This document shows, one piece after another, positions 49,841 to 52,814 of a DNA stretch of 52,814 bases. Every line of letters starts with the position of its first letter. Positions within the stretch are counted from its first letter, which is position 1. The notes under the pieces were generated by a model. It saw only the letters and a program-made list of their open reading frames with translations, did no database searches and was not told the DNA's origin. The DNA is from an uncultured bacterium (GTDB lineage Bacteria; Bacteroidota; Rhodothermia; Rhodothermales; DASSAV01), in the NCBI GenBank assembly GCA_965365445.1, contig CBDUBS010000005.1, positions 1 to 52,814 of the forward strand, read 5' to 3'. The translations under genes were made by a program, and so were the position numbers.

Positions 49841-51910
49841 CTAATACGCCTGCCCGATGCTCAGGTGCAGCATGAAACGGCGCTGCCACTTTCCTTTCGC
49901 CGCTTCGCCTTCCAGGTAATACGTTTCGGCGCTCACCAGGTCGGTGACGTCCGGATTGAGTTTGTAGGCCAGGTCGAGCCGCAGGAAGCCTACCGGCGTC
50001 CGGTACCGGATTCCAACCCCCGTGCCGTACCGGAAATCGTTCAGGGAAAAATTTCCTTCGCTGACTCGTCCGGCCCCGGCAAACACCGCTGTTCCCCAGT
50101 TGGGTCCGAGGCCCGGAAAAGGCAGCCGCACTTCGGCATTCGCCGCCAGCTTCGCAAGCCCTCCGACCGGCTCATATGTGTAGACCGTCCGCCCGCCGAT
50201 GTCGTCCACGCGCACCGTTTTGGGCCCGGCCAGCTGGTCGGCCCAGCCCCTCAGATCGCTTCCGCCGCCCGTATAGAATCGGATCGGGTCGAACCGGTTT
50301 TCCACTACCGGGTCGAACTGCGGGCGGCTGTCGCCCGTGGGCCACAACCGTCCGACGAATACTCGGCCCGCCAGGCCGGTGCGGCTGGTAAGCTCCGTGT
50401 AGGAGGTGACCTCCGCTGCGGCTTTGTAGTATTCCACCCCTGAACCCAGAAATCGCCCTGCCATTTCAACCGCCGGGCGGACGAGCAACCCGACCTGCGG
50501 GTTGATGTAGTCGTTGCTCCGCCCGAACGTGCCGCTGATGCTGAAAATGCTCCGGTTGAAACGGTCCTTGACTGCCGAGCCGCCTTCGATCTTTTCCCCG
50601 AGCAGGGTCGCCCGGCTGAACGTGTGCTGGAAGTTTACGGTTCTGAACGGCAGCACCTCGTACAGCACCGAAGTGACCAGGCCCATTTCCTGCACGTTCA
50701 GCCCCAGCGGCCAGTCGCTCGGCTCCAGGTTCGGGTCGAGTTCGAGGTGGTAATACGGGGCCACCGTGCCGGATACCTGTGTCGCAAACAGATAAGGCTG
50801 GCGGATCGAAGGGCTGATGCGCAGCAGCCTCGACCCGAGTTGATCCCCTACGGGCGCCGCCCCGAGGCCGGAGTGCACCACGAGGTCTACGTTCAGGGTC
50901 CGGGCGCCACCAGAGAAGTTCCGGTGCTGATACCCGCCTTCTAGCCGCAGCCCGGCCTGCCGGTCGTATCCTGCCCGGTACGTTATCAGTTGCGGCCGGG
51001 CCTCCCGCAACCGCACCAGTACCTGCACCGTGCTATCCCGGGGCTGCACGGGCAGTTCGGTGAGCGCCACTCGGAACAGGTTTAACGCGAACAACTCCCG
51101 CTGCCCCTGAACCAGCTTCCCCCCCGAGAACGGCTGCCCCTGTTTGAACGGCAACTCGCGAACGACCACGTTGCGTCCGACGGATTCGGCCCCCTCCACT
51201 TCTACGGTATCGAAATAAGCCATTGGGCCGGGATCGACCGTCAGGCGTATCTCCGCCGTGAGGGCGGTCGAGTCCACGAACACCGTATCCGTTACCTGCG
51301 CGAATGCGTACCCGTTATCCTTGAACCACGCCAGCGCCTGATTTTTCGTCTCAAGTCGCTCGAACAGGCTGTAGCGGTCTCCCGGCTCGATGGTGATTCC
51401 GTCCCGGAACGTTTCCCATTGTTTCTCGCCGGGGTCGGGAAACGGATCGCCCCGGGTGCTGAAAAACAGCACCTCTCTTATCAGCACCGGCGGCCCCTCG
51501 TCTATCGTGAATACCACGCTGATGCGGTTGTTCGTGGTATCCAGTTCGGAGGGAGCGTAGCCTATCCTCGCCTCCGGAAATCCGTTCTCCCGGTAATACA
51601 GGCGCAGGCGGGCCACATCCCGTTGCAATTCCAGCGGGCTGAACGGGTGGGGCGCCGGCGACAGGAAAGGCAGAATCTTTTTGATCCGGTCCGCAAAGCT
51701 CGGCTCCGTGGTGGCCAGCTGTGCCTGAAGGGCGCTTTCCTCGATGCTTCGGGTGCTATCGAAGCGAAAGGAAATGGACCGAACCTGGGTGTCCTCGTTT
51801 ACCAGGAACAGGGGCGGGGAGGACTTCTGCTGCGCGAAGGATACGGTACTGATCAAAAAGGCCGGCAACAACAGGAATCCCTTGCTAGCTTTTCGGAAGG
51901 AGCGCATCAC
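49841..51910 (-). CDS. tamA: Omp85-family outer membrane protein (TamA/BamA-like: POTRA domains plus a surface-antigen barrel)
   Basis: Signal peptide MMRSFRKASKGFLLLPAFLISTVSFAQQ. POTRA-like repeats followed by a barrel with a C-terminal GTGVGIRYRTPVGFLRLDLAY.. motif typical of bacterial surface antigen D15. The stop lies 35 nt upstream of tamB. Confidence 0.88.
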   Translation of the reverse strand: MMRSFRKASKGFLLLPAFLISTVSFAQQKSSPPLFLVNEDTQVRSISFRFDSTRSIEESALQAQLATTEPSFADRIKKILPFLSPAPHPFSPLELQRDVARLRLYYRENGFPEARIGYAPSELDTTNNRISVVFTIDEGPPVLIREVLFFSTRGDPFPDPGEKQWETFRDGITIEPGDRYSLFERLETKNQALAWFKDNGYAFAQVTDTVFVDSTALTAEIRLTVDPGPMAYFDTVEVEGAESVGRNVVVRELPFKQGQPFSGGKLVQGQRELFALNLFRVALTELPVQPRDSTVQVLVRLREARPQLITYRAGYDRQAGLRLEGGYQHRNFSGGARTLNVDLVVHSGLGAAPVGDQLGSRLLRISPSIRQPYLFATQVSGTVAPYYHLELDPNLEPSDWPLGLNVQEMGLVTSVLYEVLPFRTVNFQHTFSRATLLGEKIEGGSAVKDRFNRSIFSISGTFGRSNDYINPQVGLLVRPAVEMAGRFLGSGVEYYKAAAEVTSYTELTSRTGLAGRVFVGRLWPTGDSRPQFDPVVENRFDPIRFYTGGGSDLRGWADQLAGPKTVRVDDIGGRTVYTYEPVGGLAKLAANAEVRLPFPGLGPNWGTAVFAGAGRVSEGNFSLNDFRYGTGVGIRYRTPVGFLRLDLAYKLNPDVTDLVSAETYYLEGEAAKGKWQRRFMLHLSIGQAY

Positions 51911-52053
51911 GGAACGGCGACACCTGAGAAGGATGGAAGGAGGATGAGATCAAGCATACCCCTTTCTAATCCACATCGCGTTGCTTTATCGCAACTCCCT
52001 TGTAACCCTTCTGTTAACAGTGAGCGTAAAAAGCGCCCCTGCGCCGGTCGGTC

Positions 52054-52814
52054 TCAACCCTCGTTGCGAATTTCCACTTTACCGGCTCGTATCCGAGCTC
52101 CGTACCGGGCCTGCGGGCGTGTGGCGGGGCCGTGTATCACCGATCCGCTCCGCAGGTCGAACACCGAGTCGTGCCACGGGCACTGCACGCTTCCGTTGCG
52201 AACTTCCCCCTCCTCCAGCGGGCCCCCGGCGTGGCTGCACTGCGCATCGATGGCATGGACCGTTTTCCCCTCCCGGTACAACAGCACCTTGCCCTCTCCT
52301 ACGGGCACGCACAGCGTAGCGCCGTCCTCCAGAGCGCTCTCTTCGGCCACCTCGGTCCACTTTTTCGGCGCTTCCGGGCGACCGCTGTTATCTACCCCTA
52401 CCCGGTGTTCGTAAACCAGGTGCCCGCCCAGCCACGCGGAAGCCATGCCGAGCGCGTAAGCCGTCGTGGATAGCAGCACGCCAACCCCGCGGTTGCCCTT
52501 CTTCCGCTGCCACACCGAGAGGAAGTACAGCACGATGTTTACGTCGTTCATCACCCCGTGCAGGGTAGCCGTGGGTACGGCGGGCTTCTGTGTAGTCGAG
52601 TAATCCACCAGCCCGGCCATGGCGGTCGGGACAGCCGAGAAGGCGCCCACGGCCGTAACGGCATCGGCCACCCAGCGGGCCCGGTCGTCGTCGGTGACGG
52701 CGGCAATGGCGTCGAACAGCATTCCGATGGTCCACGCGCCCACCGTGACGTCCGTCAGGACGGCGTGCAGCGGGTGGCCGAGCCACGTGCCGTGCAGGAA
52801 GTCGGCGATTTTTC
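52054..52814 (-). CDS. DUF2231-Rieske [2Fe-2S] fusion protein. N-terminus extends beyond the window end.
   Basis: Rieske motifs CSHAGGPL and CPWHDSVF. The membrane N-terminal half resembles DUF2231. The reading frame stays open upstream of the listed start at 52743 to position 52814 (FLHGTWLGHPLHAVLTDVTVGAW...). Confidence 0.8.
   Translation of the reverse strand, partial: KIADFLHGTWLGHPLHAVLTDVTVGAWTIGMLFDAIAAVTDDDRARWVADAVTAVGAFSAVPTAMAGLVDYSTTQKPAVPTATLHGVMNDVNIVLYFLSVWQRKKGNRGVGVLLSTTAYALGMASAWLGGHLVYEHRVGVDNSGRPEAPKKWTEVAEESALEDGATLCVPVGEGKVLLYREGKTVHAIDAQCSHAGGPLEEGEVRNGSVQCPWHDSVFDLRSGSVIHGPATRPQARYGARIRAGKVEIRNEG

Noticed and set aside
51419-52414. 331-aa plus ORF
   Set aside because: It overlaps the tamA 5' end and the Rieske gene 3' end on the opposite strand. 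The product is Arg/Ser/Pro-rich.
1-52814. tRNA, rRNA, CRISPR or mobile-element content
   Set aside because: No GGTTCGANTCC-type T-arm motifs turn up in the intergenic regions. There are no direct-repeat arrays with a constant period. No transposase, integrase or recombinase ORFs are present, and there are no terminal inverted repeats flanking any segment.

Overview
This 52.8 kb window is GC-rich (about 65%) and almost entirely coding. The gene content and the Shine-Dalgarno-like motifs I checked ahead of two small ORFs suggest a core chromosomal region of a Rhodothermus/Salinibacter-like bacterium (Bacteroidota/Rhodothermota); this is an inference. I support about 44 protein-coding genes and five rho-independent terminators.

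Notable genes include a partial GH3 hexosaminidase, a pterin operon (PTPS-FolE-SDR), dephospho-CoA kinase, a LysM lytic transglycosylase, acyl-CoA carboxyltransferase, RpoZ, UvrA, a FadL-like outer membrane protein, TrpB2, LDH, an M48 lipoprotein peptidase, phosphopentomutase, Pcm, CdaA-FolP, a bacterial GH3 adenylating protein, sigma-70 RpoD, a Rad52-like protein, YihY, TopIB, an OMP-Amt-PII operon, NfeD-flotillin, the TamA-TamB pair (TamB about 5.2 kb) and a partial DUF2231-Rieske protein.

I found no rRNA, tRNA, CRISPR array, transposase or integrase.

The strongest candidate for an undescribed system is a translationally coupled Ddl-like ATP-grasp ligase plus KamA-family radical-SAM aminomutase, followed on the same strand by a membrane-anchored protein with a degenerate GGDEF-like domain (25432-29091).

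Other points worth a second look are a eukaryote-type PTPS/FolE/SDR pterin cluster, a stand-alone Rad52/22-family annealing protein, a large uncharacterised outer-membrane protein, near-identical LysM module duplications at the DNA level, and two long intergenic regions that could hold ncRNAs.

Because of the high GC content the ORF track contains many long antisense ORFs, which I rejected.
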